This document shows positions 1 through 14,440 of a DNA stretch of 64,000 nucleotides, piece after piece; position 1 is the stretch's first letter, and each line of letters starts with the position of its first letter. The notes beneath the pieces are model-generated. The model was not told the origin of the DNA, ran no database searches, and was given only the letters and a program-made list of their open reading frames with translations. The translations under genes and the position numbers were made by a program. The stretch lies in assembly GCF_009914755.1 (NCBI RefSeq), contig NC_060934.1; one strand, written 5' to 3'. Source of the DNA: the human T2T-CHM13v2.0 reference genome, Homo sapiens.

Positions 1-132
1 TAACTTTCCTAGGATGTGTCATAGCACATGCCTACAATGTCTAGCATAGTATGTACAATAATTAGTGACCAGTAAATACTATATGACTGTACAGAATTTC
101 AGAGAAAAAAAACATTTAAGAAACCATGCACT

Positions 133-422
133 GGCCAGGCACGGTGGCTCACACCTGTAATCCCAGCACTTTGGGAGCCTGAGGTGAGTGGGTCACAAGG
201 TCAGGAGATCGAGACCATCCTGGCTAACACAGTGAATCCCCGTCTCTACCAAAAATACAAAAAATTAGCCGGGCGTGGTGGCAAGCACCTGTAGTCTTGT
301 TGGAAGGCTGAGGCAGGAGAATGGCATGAACCCAGGAGGCGGAGCTTGCAGTGAGCCGAGATCGCGCCACTGCACTCCAGCCTGGGAGACAGAGCAAGAC
401 TCCTTCTCAAAAAAAAAAAAAA
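133..422 (+). mobile_element. AluY SINE, full length
   Basis: AluY diagnostics (GAGATCGAGACCATCCTGGCTAACAC, GAATGGCATGAACC, GAGCTTGCAG); poly(A) tail; TSD AAACCATGCACT at 121-132 and 423-434. Confidence 0.95.
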
Positions 423-437
423 AAACCATGCACTTGT

Positions 438-481
438 ACACACACACACACACACACGTGTGTGTGTGTGTGTGTATATAT
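438..481. repeat. (CA)n-CG-(TG)n palindromic microsatellite
   Basis: CA run meets TG run at CG 457-458; 440-475 is a perfect reverse-complement palindrome. Confidence 0.95.
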
Positions 482-1300
482 ATTTATACAGGTTTTTAAA
501 ACTGTGCTAGTTTATCAACAATGGAACATGGATTACATAAAGAGCATGAGGTCAGGTTTTCAGAAATTAATGCTGTCCGTCAAAGTAATTTTCAGCAGCT
601 TAAGGATTGTCACACATATTTCTTGAAATCCCTAAGATTCTTTCTACCATTTAAAAATATGTTTGTAATTATCTGTTATGGATTGTTATTATCCATAACT
701 GATTAACCATTGTCAAATTTGGGCCGGATGAAGTAAAATAGCATACATTTCATTTCACCTTTGATGAAATGGTTCCCCTGATTGAAGTGACCAAACTCAC
801 CCATATGTGCCATTTTGAAACCTCAGTAAAGGTTTAAGGATATAGTGTTAGTTTTAGTTAGTTAAAATTTGTTAGTTTTATTTATTTTTTTCAATAAACA
901 GATTGCTAATGTACTGTTTTTCACAATTCATCCAGGGAATCATATTAAAACTTCTAATTATTTAATTAGTCTATTATGTAACAAGCTGATCCTTGATGAG
1001 AAAGAGTGAAGGGCAGCCGTATTTAATGCCTTTGGAAGGCATTTGTTAGGATAAGTATTTGAAGTGCCTCCACATGCATACTATTGTAGTTAAGAAGGAA
1101 ATTAGATGATTAAAAAGAGAAATAATACACATTTAATGTAAGCTGCTGTTGAGTACAGGAAGCAACAAAAGCTAAATTCCTTGCAAAGTTGCTGCTTCTT
1201 TAAATGATAATTTAGGCACATGCATAGCCTAAAACAAAAGTCAAATAATGCCCTAACAATGCATTTCATCAGACTCTGGCAACAAGAAACAGGTAATTGA

Positions 1301-1682
<382 letters not shown>

Positions 1683-2264
1683 ATCTTACCATTCTTTATG
1701 TGTGAAGCTGATGAAGCTAAAAGAGTTGTGCTGACTCATGCAGTATCATACAGCATTCGGCCAACCTCTGTGACTCTTGGTTTACCAATCTCTTTATATA
1801 CCAGTGTGAAAACTGTAGCCAATAATACGGACCTTCCTTGCATGAACTTTAGCATACAAGTCAATTAAAAAGATCAAACTTTAATATATACATTGTCACT
1901 GTTTTCTAACAGCAAAGCTTTATTTTAAAAATAATATCTGATTGTTTCCAATTTTAAAAAAGATAAAACACAAATTTAACCAGAATTACCCTAACATTTG
2001 ACTGTGGAGTCAATTTGCTATGGAATTAATGGAGCTTAGAAAAATAGTTCCCTGATCTAAGAACAAACAATCTCCCCATTCATGGAGAAGCTCAATTATT
2101 ATAGAAGTGCTTTTCCTTAGTGTAATACTGTATATGTGTATGCTACGCTGGTTACCATTACCTGTCCTGAAAGAGAATGTACACTCAGCATTGCAAGTTA
2201 TTTTGCCGTGACATCAATGCGGTATGCTGCATGTATGTCAAGGACAGTTGAACAGATTGGTGTA

Positions 2265-2405
2265 TACTCTTGGCACCACTTAATATGACACTGTAAGAAA
2301 GTTTCTTACTCTTTCTCAGCTTCAATTTATTCATCATTATGATGTGGATCATTAACACTGTATTCTAGTTTATTGCAATAATTAAATATGCCACTTTCTA
2401 TAAAG
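2265..2405 (+). mobile_element. MIR fragment (degenerate)
   Basis: Weak match to MIR core (CTTTCTCAGCTTCAATTTATTCATC...TTATTGCAATAATTAAAT). Confidence 0.45.
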
Positions 2406-4541
2406 CCCTCATATTACCTCAATTAATAATAATGATTATTAGTATGTTATATTTCTACTATCATCATTATTGTAATTACTAAATATTTTGTAGAACAATT
2501 GTTTTTAGATGTGGGGTAGGGAAATATGATCTCCCTTTAAAATCTGATGAAATAATTTGATTCTATTGACTTCGCTTAAATTAACACAGAGACACACAAA
2601 TTTTCGGACAATTATGGGGAATATTTAGATACCCTAAACTTTATTTGGCATTTGCAGTTAGGTAATGGACATTAGGCTGAGAAGTCTCTATTTAAACATA
2701 AGTTTTGACTACAATAAAGGTGAGAAGAAAATGGGAACCTTATATGAATATCATCAAAAGACAGAGGAAGGGTTGGAAACCTGCCTGTAACTCTAAAGAT
2801 GGAGAATATAGCAATGTGTAGATGAATGACAATTGGATTTAGAATCAAACAGATATGGGCTCTGCTGTGAATGATGAAACAGGATGCTGATATGAACAAA
2901 TATTAGATGACATTTAGCAATCACATTCTGGCCAGCCAACTCCAGGCAAACAACATTGTGTTACTGACAAGTCATTTGTTACGGTATAGTTCCTGAGAAA
3001 TATGTGTAGAAAACCGTAACAGAGAAAGCAAGGCACCCCTACATATTATTTGGGACTTTGGCCTCAACAGCCAGTAATGCAATCCAGTAGGCTAGGCTGG
3101 AGTTGATTCTTTCAATGTCTCTCTACTTAGGTAGGCCTGTGCAGCCGAGTCCTGCTCTCCAAATATATAGGGAGGAGAGAGGAGATATACCTCAATATCT
3201 TAATGATGGCTGTTTTAGGATGCAGACTCAAGGCCTTCTTAAATCAGGGAAAGTATCTAGGTAACATTACTTCTGTGCATGGGGTAGTTTTTATTTTTAT
3301 TTTTGTCAAGGTTATCACAATTTTGTTTCTTTATTTTGTTTTGTGGAGGAGGAGATTTGAGATAGGTTTATGTGTGTGTGTAAATGAGAAAGAAGGGAGA
3401 GAGGAAGAATGAAGTATTGGGTCTTCTCTTGTGTATAGAATGGGGGAATTGCCTCTACTCAATGACTTAAACAGTGTAAATGTCAGAGAGGGGTATAAAA
3501 GATCACATGCAAGGCATGATGATCTATAAAACTTTTTAAAATTCTCACCCTTAGAAACCTAGACAATATCGATGTCTTCAAATTTTACAATATATGTCCT
3601 TCTTAGCAGTAGGGCATTTCCCCCTGGATTCTGACTCATTCCTTTGAAGCAACATAGAGAATTGAAGGAAGAGAAAAAGGTTTGAATCCCCCCTAAAAGG
3701 CAAGTGTAGGTTATCTACTTAGTCACTTACAGAAGTTGAGTAAATATTTTAGCTTTATGCATCAAAGACTTGATATACTACCATATACACTATGAAGGAA
3801 ATTGAAGTATAGCATAAATTTATCAAAATTTAATTACAAATTTCAAAGCACCTATTACAAGTCTTGCACTTGATATGTAATCACTATGTAACTATATCTT
3901 GCATGTAATATGTACTCAGATATGTAACTATATATATTTTACTTTACATTTTGCCTTTACATGGACTCCTATATATTTTAAATATGAAAACCAATTTAGA
4001 AAGAGTGGTCTGTACCTACCATTACATATACTTCCAAAATAAAGATAAAGAGTCATGATAAAAGTTTGTATCAATGACCCTTTTTGGCTATTTTCTAAAA
4101 CTACTGACTAGAGCTTCCATTACATAATTCTTTAGCAACATCAGTTGTGATGGCCTATTTTTACATGACACATGGGCTAAATGTAGTGAATTCACTAGAG
4201 TGGAATTATTCAGATCATAGTAATTGTAAAATGTATCAGTGTCATTCATGCTTAAGAGCCAAAGATGATATTGAAATAGGCTTATCTCTTCTTCAGGATC
4301 ATTTTCTTCATTAATTAATGTTAACTTAAGATATAAATTCATTTTCAGAAGTCAATTATAAAAATTGGTCCGTGACATTACTATAGAAATGTACAGACAT
4401 ATGTCATGTGAAAATTTTTTTTATGGTGATTATAACTTTTAATGTATATATAGATATGTTACATAATATTCATATAGTGAGATTATATATTTCATTTTTT
4501 ATTTTTCTGTATTCTCTAAATGTTGTATGATATATGTATAT

Positions 4542-6488
<1,947 letters not shown>

Positions 6489-7080
6489 TTAATTGTATCT
6501 TAATTTCCACTATTGGTCTTTATTACAATGTCATTAGACCCCCTTGATATGAAAAAACAATTGGATCATTTCTTAATGAATTCTTACCATCTCAGGTGTC
6601 TTTTTCCTTAAATTCTCCATATTAAAAAGGATTCATCTTAGTTCATGTAATAGAACCCTGAATAATAATGGCTTACATGCAATATGTTTTTCTCCACATA
6701 AAATAAGTCCACAAACCAGCAATAAAAGGAATATTGTAGCTTGCCACTTTTTTTTTTTTTTTTGGAGTGGCTGCTGGAAATCATGGAGGGGTAAAAGGGC
6801 AAATGCCCACGGAGGCATACCTGTGGATGCGGGCACTGTCTGTCAGCAGTCACAGTGGTCTTTCCCAACAATTTCATTTAAAATCCATTGTGCAGAGTTG
6901 GATCAAACAATCACTTCTCAGTGCCAGGCAATTTGGGAAATGCAGTTTTATAACTGAATATTGGGACATTCCTAAGAAGGTTAGGGTTCTCTAATGAGAG
7001 AGAGCAATGTAGTCCAGGCTATAACGACACATTTTTGTTTTTATTATTATTATTATCACTGTTACTAGAATATTACATAT

Positions 7081-7683
7081 TCTTATGAGTTGAATTGTAT
7101 TGCCTAAAAATTGGTATGTTGAAGACTTAACTCCCAGCACCTTAGAATATGACTATGTTTAAAGATTAGATCTTTAAAGAATTAATTAAATGACTGGGTG
7201 CAGTGGCTCACGCCTGTAATCCCAGCACTTTGGGAGGCCGAGGCGAGTTGATCATCTGAGGTCAGGAGTTCAAGACCAGCCTGGCCAAAATGGTGAACCC
7301 TGTCTCTACTAAAAATACAAAAATTAGCTGGGCATGGTGGTACATGCCTGTTATCCCAACTGCTTGAAAGGCTGAGACAGGAGAATTACTTGAACCCAAA
7401 GGCAGAGGTTGCCATGAGCTGAGATTGTGCCACTGCACTCCAGCCTGGGCAACAGAGCGAGACTCCGTTTCAAAAGAACAAAACCAAAAAAAAAAAAAAA
7501 AAAAGAGGTAATAAGTTAAAATGAGGTTGTTAGGGTGGGCTCTAATCCAATATGACTGGCCTCTTTAATAGAACACAGGCACACACAGGAAAAACCACAT
7601 AAGAAGAAAGGGAGAAAATGACCATCTACAAGTTAGGAAAAGAGGCCTCAGAAGAAATCAATTCTGGCAACACTTTGATCTAG
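7081..7683 (+). mobile_element. MLT1 (MLT1A/B-like) MaLR LTR, partial, split by an Alu
   Basis: TTGAATTGT...GTATGTTGAAG start; resumes after the Alu with AAAATGAGGT...GGGTGGGCTCTAATCCAATATGACTGG...GAGGCCTCAGAAGAAA. Confidence 0.8.
7192..7504 (+). mobile_element. AluSx/Sz-like SINE
   Basis: Full dimer with CTGAGGTCAGGAGTTCAAGACCAGCCTGGCC and A tail, nested in MLT1. Confidence 0.93.
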
Positions 7684-7729
7684 TTTAATTAGAATGATGC
7701 TATCTCATAGCATTTTATACTTGATATGC

Positions 7730-8018
7730 TTTTTTTTTTTTTTTTTTGAGAAAGGGTCTCACTCTGTCACCAAAGCTGGGGTGCAGTGGCTCAATGAAAG
7801 CCACTAAAGTTGAACTCCTGGACTCAAGTGATCCTTCCATCTCAGCCTCCTGAGTAGGTAGAATTACAGGTGCATGCCACCACACCCGGCTACTGTGTTG
7901 AACAGACATGGTTTCTCTATGTTGCCTAGGATGGTCTTGATCTCCCAGCCTCAAGCAATCCTCCCTGCTTCACTTTCCAAAGTGCTGGAGTTACAGGTAT
8001 GAGCCACTGTGTCTGGCT
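7730..8018 (-). mobile_element. AluJ SINE
   Basis: AluJ features (AGGGTCTCACTCTG, AACTCCTGGACTCAAGTGATCC, CTATGTTGCCTAGG); T tail. Confidence 0.9.
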
Positions 8019-8143
8019 TCTTTTTAATAACCAAGACTGAGATTCTGTCAATGTGAAATTGATGTGAAAGAACTTGGAAACACATGAAGTGACAAAATAT
8101 ATTTTAAAAAATGACTTTTGCCATAAATCTTTGTGTTACTCAA

Positions 8144-8443
8144 TTTTTTTTTTTTTTTTTTCTGAGACAGAGTCTTCCTCTGTTGCCCAGGCTGGAGTAC
8201 AGTGGCACAATCTCGGCTCACTGAAACCTCCACCTCCCGGGTTTAAGCAATACTCTTGCCTCAGCCTTGGGAGTAGATAGGATTACGGGCCCCCGCTACC
8301 ATGCCCAGCTAATTTTTGTGTTTTTAGTAGAGGCGGGGTTTCACCATGTTGGCCAGGCTGGTCTCGAACTCTTGACCTCGTGATCCAGCCGCCCCAGCCT
8401 CCCAAAGTGCTGGGATTACAGGTGTGAGCCACCACGCCCAGAC
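8144..8443 (-). mobile_element. AluS (Sg/Sc-like) SINE
   Basis: Antisense dimer with GACCTCGTGATCC (2-nt-deleted form); T tail. Confidence 0.92.
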
Positions 8444-9437
8444 TTAAATTGTCTTTTTCTTAAATGTGTGTGGGCTATTTTACATGGAATTTCAATAATA
8501 CAGTAAGGATTTAATGCAATAATATATGAATATGCTTTTTAGATTTATGACAGTATGATTAAGAAAAATTAATAAAGTTTTTCTAAGCTTTACCATGATT
8601 AGTATTTATTATAATCATCATTAAAGTATGCCCCATTTGTCTTGAAAAATATCAGCAAACTTCTTATGTTTGTTCTGTGGGGTTTTTTGTTTTCTATCTG
8701 CTAAAGCACATTATGCTCTTATAGAAAGTTTTGGATAATAATTTAAAGCATAAAATGTGTGACGAAAACATGACATTCCTGATAGTTTCCCCAAGAAAGG
8801 ACATTGACTAAGAAAACAATGGCAGCAGTGCAGTTGATAAAAATACTTCAACACATCCAGCAGTGACTTTCAATATTATAGTTTGTAATCTGTTGCTAAA
8901 AATAACTGCGGAAAAGGAGGGGTAAAAAAATCAGCTTCATCCATGCCGACTCAATGTGCTTATAGCATTTATTTCTGTTCAATAGAATTACTGACCGGAC
9001 TGTAAAAGTCAGGAAGAGTGAATTAAATGAAGTAAGGAATATTACTCTTAGAAGTGGGGCAGCTCCATCCTCCCATCAACATTGACAGTAACATCCTTCC
9101 TGGTATTATGAGAAGAGATCAGGAGTCAGCTTCCTTGATTACAGTTCAGATAAAATGCTTTCAGATTACCTTCCAATGTTAGAATTGGAGGATGGCAAGG
9201 ATTTCTTTTAAAAATACAGAAACTGAACTAAATTACAATGTACCATAATGATGCTTTGATAGAAGTCTTACAGGCTTAAGCATGACATATAGGAAGTTTA
9301 AACATTTTAAAATATTCTAAAACATTATTTTTTCCTTGCATATTGACCCACCATTTGTTATGGGATATTTTTGTCTTTTAAAGTGTGTGTGTTCTGTGTG
9401 TATATTATGTTATATGTGTGTAATGCTACAGAAGTTG

Positions 9438-9605
9438 CCATTTACTTAACACCTATTGTGTGTCAGGCTCTTGTACTCACATCTTACACTACTTGACAAA
9501 TGTGCTGAAGGTATATCCTTATTCCCATTGAACAGGGATAGTAAGACACTGAGGCTCAGAGACATTTAATATAGTTACTTCATTAGTAAGTAGCAAGGTC
9601 ATTAT
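9438..9605 (-). mobile_element. MIR fragment
   Basis: CATTTACTTAACACCTATTGTGTGTCAGGC...ACTGAGGCTCAGAGA, antisense MIR core. Confidence 0.65.
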
Positions 9606-10492
9606 TTGTCAAACTGGAAAATTATACTTTTACATAGAATATAAAAGCATGAAATGACTTATCTTAAGTTACAGAGCAAGTGATTGACAAACAAGATTCA
9701 ATTTTTGGACCTTAACTGTGGGTTCAACACACAGAGCCACGTATTATTGATCTGAGAAAGTTTGTGTAGCCATAAACCATTTTCCACTGTGGGACAGAGA
9801 TAGGTAGACAGGCATGTCTATTCAAAAGAATGTCCCCACAAGTAACTTAAAACATCTATACTAAAGTAAATTTTAAAAATTCTGTGAATGTGTGTGCCTA
9901 TATATGTAAACAGTGTTTTGATGGGATCACATTTTTATCTTTTATAATTTAATTTATCCTTCTCTAGGAAAATCTCCCTAAGTAGAATAAATTTGAGCTC
10001 TGTGCATGGGAAAATTCACCAGATTGGGGAAAAAATTAATGTTTTCTACTTTTAAGGCCTGTCACTACTTTATCTACCACTTATTAGAGGAATAAAAGTT
10101 ACCATTAAACTTCACTCTCCATGCATTACTGAGAGACAGGACTAGCTGGATTTCCTAGGCCAGCTAAGATTCCCTAAGCTTAGCTGGTAAGGTGACCGCG
10201 TCCACCTTTAAACACAGGGCTTGCAACTTAGCTCACACCTGACCAGTCAGAGAGCTCACTAAAATGTTAATCAGGCAAAAACAGGAGGTAAAGAAATAGC
10301 TAATCTTCTATCACCTGAGAGCACAGCAGGAGGGACAATGATAGGGATATAAACCCAGGCATTCGAGCCAGCAACGGCTACCCTCTGGGTCCGGACCCTC
10401 CCTTTGTATGGGAGCTCTGTTTTCACTCTATTAAATCTTGCAACTGCACTCTCTTCTGGTCCATGTTTGTTACGGCTCGAGCTGAGCTTTTA

Positions 10493-10618
<126 letters not shown>

Positions 10619-10710
10619 TTAGAGGCTTGCCATTGTTCCTGCATGGCTAAGTGCCCGGGTTCGTCCTAATCGAGCTGAACACCAGCCACTGGGTTCCACG
10701 GTTCTCTTCC

Positions 10711-11178
10711 ATGACCCACGGCTTTTACTAGAGCTATAACATGCACCGCATGTCTCAAGATTCCATTCCTTGGAATCCGTGAGGCCAAGAACCCTAGGTC
10801 AGAGAACACGAGGTTTGCTACTGTGTCTGGAATTGGTGGGTTCTTGGTCTCACTGACTTCAAGAATGAAGCCGCGGACCCTCGTGGTGAGCGTTACAGTT
10901 ATTAAAGGCAGCGTGTCCAGAGTTTGTTCCTTCTGATGTTTGGATGTGTTCAGAGTTTCTTCCTTCTCGTGCGTTCCTGGTCTGGCTGGCTCAGGAGTGA
11001 AGCTGCAGACCTTCGCGGTGAGTGTTACAGCTCTTAAGATGGCGCGTCTGGAGTTGTTCGTTCCTCCATGACCCACAGCTTTTACTAGAGCTATAACATG
11101 CACCACACGTCCCAAGATTCCATTCCTTGGGATCCGTGAGGCCAAGAACCCCAGGTCAGAGAACACGAGGCTTGCCAC
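10711..11178 (+). repeat. 111-bp direct duplication of LTR17 U5 (10711-10821 and 11068-11178) flanking the LTR12 fragment
   Basis: Manual alignment of the two copies: 8 substitutions in 111 bp, no indels. Confidence 0.93.
10822..11067 (-). mobile_element. ERV9 LTR12 (LTR12C-like) 3'-terminal U5 fragment inside LTR17
   Basis: TGTGTCTGGAATTGGTGGGTTCTTGGTCTCACTGACTTCAAGAATGAAGCCGCGGACC is the reverse complement of the LTR12 3' end, with its GTGAGTGTTACAG U5 repeats. Confidence 0.92.
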
Positions 11179-12332
11179 CATCTTGGAAGCGGCCTGCTGC
11201 CATCTTGGGAGCTCTGAGAGCAAGGACCCCCCCACAACTGCCCATAACATCACTACCCTTGGAATGGACTGATTGAAGCTTGGGCAGTATAGAACTGCCA
11301 CACAGCCATATGTCTATGAATTTATTTTTGAAGACTTGAAAAACTAAGAAAGCTTATTATAGAATATAACCATATTGAAATGATATCATGACACAGAAAC
11401 TATTTTAGCCACAGAAATAATCATTAAAAATTAGATACTTCTTATTTGGTCTTGGAATTATCAGAAAAGTTCTATAAAAATTCAGCAAATATGTTGATAA
11501 ACATGCAAATAACTTTTGCAAGATAAAAATGATTCTGAAAACTGGCCAGAAGTTTATCAAGCAAGACAAAAAAAAAGAAAAATACAAGAATAAAGAGTGT
11601 AAGTGCGTATAAGGTAGTTCATAGAGTCAGGTACCATACAAGATATTGGTAACATTGACTCTTCAGAGAACTATTGTATAACCTAAATGATGGTACAGTG
11701 CCATTTAATGTAACTCAGGTTGGGGGGATCAGGGGAGAAGTTATTGAAAGGTATCAGAAGAAAAGTATTAGGTTTCTCATGTAAGGACTGATTGATGATG
11801 TGCTACTAAGTATATAAAATAGATATAGTTTAAACCAAGCAAATACAACATTCTTAAAATATAAGAATATAGTTTGTAGAGTATGAACCTACTCTCTGAC
11901 TTGAGTATGCTGGGATTTCATACCAGATAGAGGGCTTTATTTAGACCTCTGATGTGCTGTGGAAGAAATACAAAATTATGGCAAAATACCCAACACATCT
12001 AGACAAATCTATCACTCTGGTAAGTTTGACTGTTTTGAGAAAAAAGGTATACTTTAGAATTGCCTATTCTCATTTTCCCATTTCACTCATCAAATAACTA
12101 TAAATCCCCCTCCGCTGACCTTTTCTGATATCTGCAGTAAATCTCTGCCCATAATCTCCATTTCTTTCATGCTGTGTAGGTAAGAGGGTCATTCAATAGA
12201 GCTAAGAAAAGCCTGAGCTGTTACTGGGTATGCAAGAGCACAAAAGGAACTTTATGAAGTACATGGTTTAATGCCTCTTCTAGAAAAATGGGTGTTCCAA
12301 TGGAATCACATCTGAGTGTAATTTATACCAAA

Positions 12333-12355
12333 ACACACACACACACACACACACA
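12333..12355. repeat. (CA)n microsatellite
   Basis: About 11 CA units. Confidence 0.9.
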
Positions 12356-12401
12356 AAACACAGCTAGTATTTTTTTAGGATAAAGTTAAATGTATCTGTG
12401 T

Positions 12402-12530
12402 GGCCAGGTAGGGTGACTCATGCTTGTAATCCCAGCACTTTGAGAGGCGAAGGTGCCAGGACTGTTTGAGGCCAGGAGTTCAAGACCAGCCTGGGCAATA
12501 TAGCCAGACCCCTTTTCTTAAAAAAAAAAA
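12402..12530 (+). mobile_element. FLAM_C / free left Alu monomer
   Basis: Single monomer (TTTGAGGCCAGGAGTTCAAGACCAGCCTGGGCAATATAG) ending in an A run; TSD-like TAAAT(G/A)TATCTGT on both sides. Confidence 0.85.
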
Positions 12531-12932
12531 TTAATAAATATATCTGTTTCTAAAACTAATTTTTATAGAAATTTACATATTTGAAATATGAAATAATTAT
12601 GAACAATACATACATCTATATGCAAATAAAACATTGTTTTAATGTAAATGACATTACTGAAGTTATTAAAGACCTGTACTAAAGTAAATATGTTTATAGG
12701 AAATATAATAGAGAAAACCCCATTTCTTAAATAAATTAATAAATATACCTGTGTTTGTAAAACTAATCTTTAATAGAAATTTACATATTTGAAATAAGAA
12801 ATAATTAGTCAAAGAAAATGAACAATACATACATCTATATGCAAATAAAACATTGTTTTAATGTAAATAACATGACTAAAGTTATAAAAAACTGTACTAA
12901 GGTAAATATGTTTATAGGAAATAGAGAAAACC
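12508..12932 (+). repeat. ~210-bp tandem duplication (12508-12716 / 12717-12932)
   Basis: Shared blocks such as TGAACAATACATACATCTATATGCAAATAAAACATTGTTTTAATGTAAAT and GTAAATATGTTTATAGGAAATA. Confidence 0.92.
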
Positions 12933-13446
12933 TTATTATCTTATATTTTTGATTTCAAATTGTTAAAAATATCATTAATAAATTTAATAGACATATGACA
13001 TAACATAACTGTTTCCATAAGAAGAGATACAACTAATATCGAATATAGCAAATTATATTTAACAACCAGAGTTTAAATTAAGAAAACACAAATAAAAGAA
13101 TAATGAAACACCCATAAAATTAATAAAAATGTAAAGTAACACTACTATCTGCTTCCTAGAGTATACTAAAATTCATATATTACTGTAGATAGTGTAAATA
13201 GTTACAATTATTTTGGTGAGTGGTTGAAAATATGCTAAAAGTATTGGGAAAAGGTTTTAGATTTTTGTGATTCTTTGTTTATTTAAACTATTTGCTTGTA
13301 GATATGATAATTTACCTTAACAGGGGAGATATTCTACATAAGAGAAAAATTTAATTCATAAAAGTATTTCTTGCCCTATTATTTACAAGGAGAAAATCTT
13401 AAATATCTAATGATAAAAACCCTGTGATTAATTTTAAAATTTAAGA

Positions 13447-13581
13447 TGGTACTTTAGAATGCTAGTTTGCCATCTTCTCAGTTTGCTTGCTCTCCAATTA
13501 AAGCTGCTTCTCCTCCCACCAATCCTTGCCTCTTGTGTCTGGCTTTCAAGCAGCAAGCAGCAGAACCTGGGTCCAGTTACA
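13447..13581 (+). mobile_element. ERV1-class LTR 3' fragment (MER34/MER39-like)
   Basis: GCCATCTTCTCAG...ATTAAAGC...GGCTTTCAAGCAGCAAGCAGCAGAACCTGGGTCCAGTTACA; LTR-type R/U5 end with terminal CA; family uncertain. Confidence 0.55.
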
Positions 13582-14134
13582 ATTCAAAGGAAATTGCATT
13601 TTCAAAAAAATAACAGCAGAGCCAAGTAGGCTACATTTGATGACTTAATTCTGCAGTACAAAATGAAGAACTTGATTCAAAACGGACCTATCAGGAAAGA
13701 ACAAACTGCCCCAGTGAGTTATGTGTATCAGGGCATCCTTGTTGATTCTTACTACCTTAGTCTCTTTAAAAATATAAATTGTCTGTATGCTTCTGGCTTT
13801 TTTCCATAAAGAATATTAACAATCCAAATGCTAAAGCATCAGAGTCTCAGAAAATGGTCTCAGCAAAACCATTAAGCCCAGAGACTTTTCATTCTGTGGC
13901 ACCTTTACAATATTCTGCATTTCTTTTTCTTTTAGGATGTCTACCAACAAATGTTTGCACATGTATTTTTTGACTAGCACCTCAATGGCAGACAACTTCC
14001 ACCCTGCTTCTTTACCCTCAAACTTTTAATTACTCTAAAGTCATAATAGTTCACCGCTTGCCTATCTCCACCCACTCTTCTCTTGCACATACCAGGGGGT
14101 CTGTGGGCAGCTTGTCTTTTGATGCACCTTCTCA

Positions 14135-14440
14135 TTCATTAAGTATTGGCAATTAAGCAGTGAACAAGACAAATCCCTGATCTCATGGAGCTTACATGTT
14201 AATTAAAATTGGTATATTTGCCTTTATATTCCATGAAATATCCCTTACTATACATGAACATGCCTAGTTTTGCTTCATTTAACATTTTGTAATAAAATTT
14301 GGAATTAAAAAAACAATGTAATTAAACATGTCATTAAGATATGTAAGTAAAACATGTCATTATAATAGAGCAGAAAAGAGAGAAACAGATTAGTCTGTTA
14401 GGACCAGAGAAAGCTTCAGAGAGGAAGCAATATCTGAATA
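14135..14440 (-). mobile_element. L2 3'-end fragments
   Basis: GCAGTGAACAAGACAAATCCCTGATCTCATGGAGCTTACA and AGAGAAAGCTTCAGAGAGGAAG match antisense L2. Confidence 0.55.

Noticed and set aside
246-626. Short ORFs with SPRLECSG / HCTPAW-type peptides (also near 8.1, 16.7, 37.7, 40.5, 49.6, 52.8 and 60.8 kb)
   Set aside because: These are translations of Alu and microsatellite sequence.
2977-3021. 9-bp inverted repeat TGTTACGGT / ACCGTAACA
   Set aside because: Too short to distinguish from chance in 64 kb; no TSD or family match.
3862-3932. ~35-bp diverged tandem duplication (similar small ones at 48355-48408 and 62837-62865)
   Set aside because: Real, but ordinary slippage-type micro-duplications with no further signal.
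8760-9020. Unique stretch with a few CpGs as a conserved element
   Set aside because: Only a compositional impression with no specific motif cluster; it cannot be supported without alignments.
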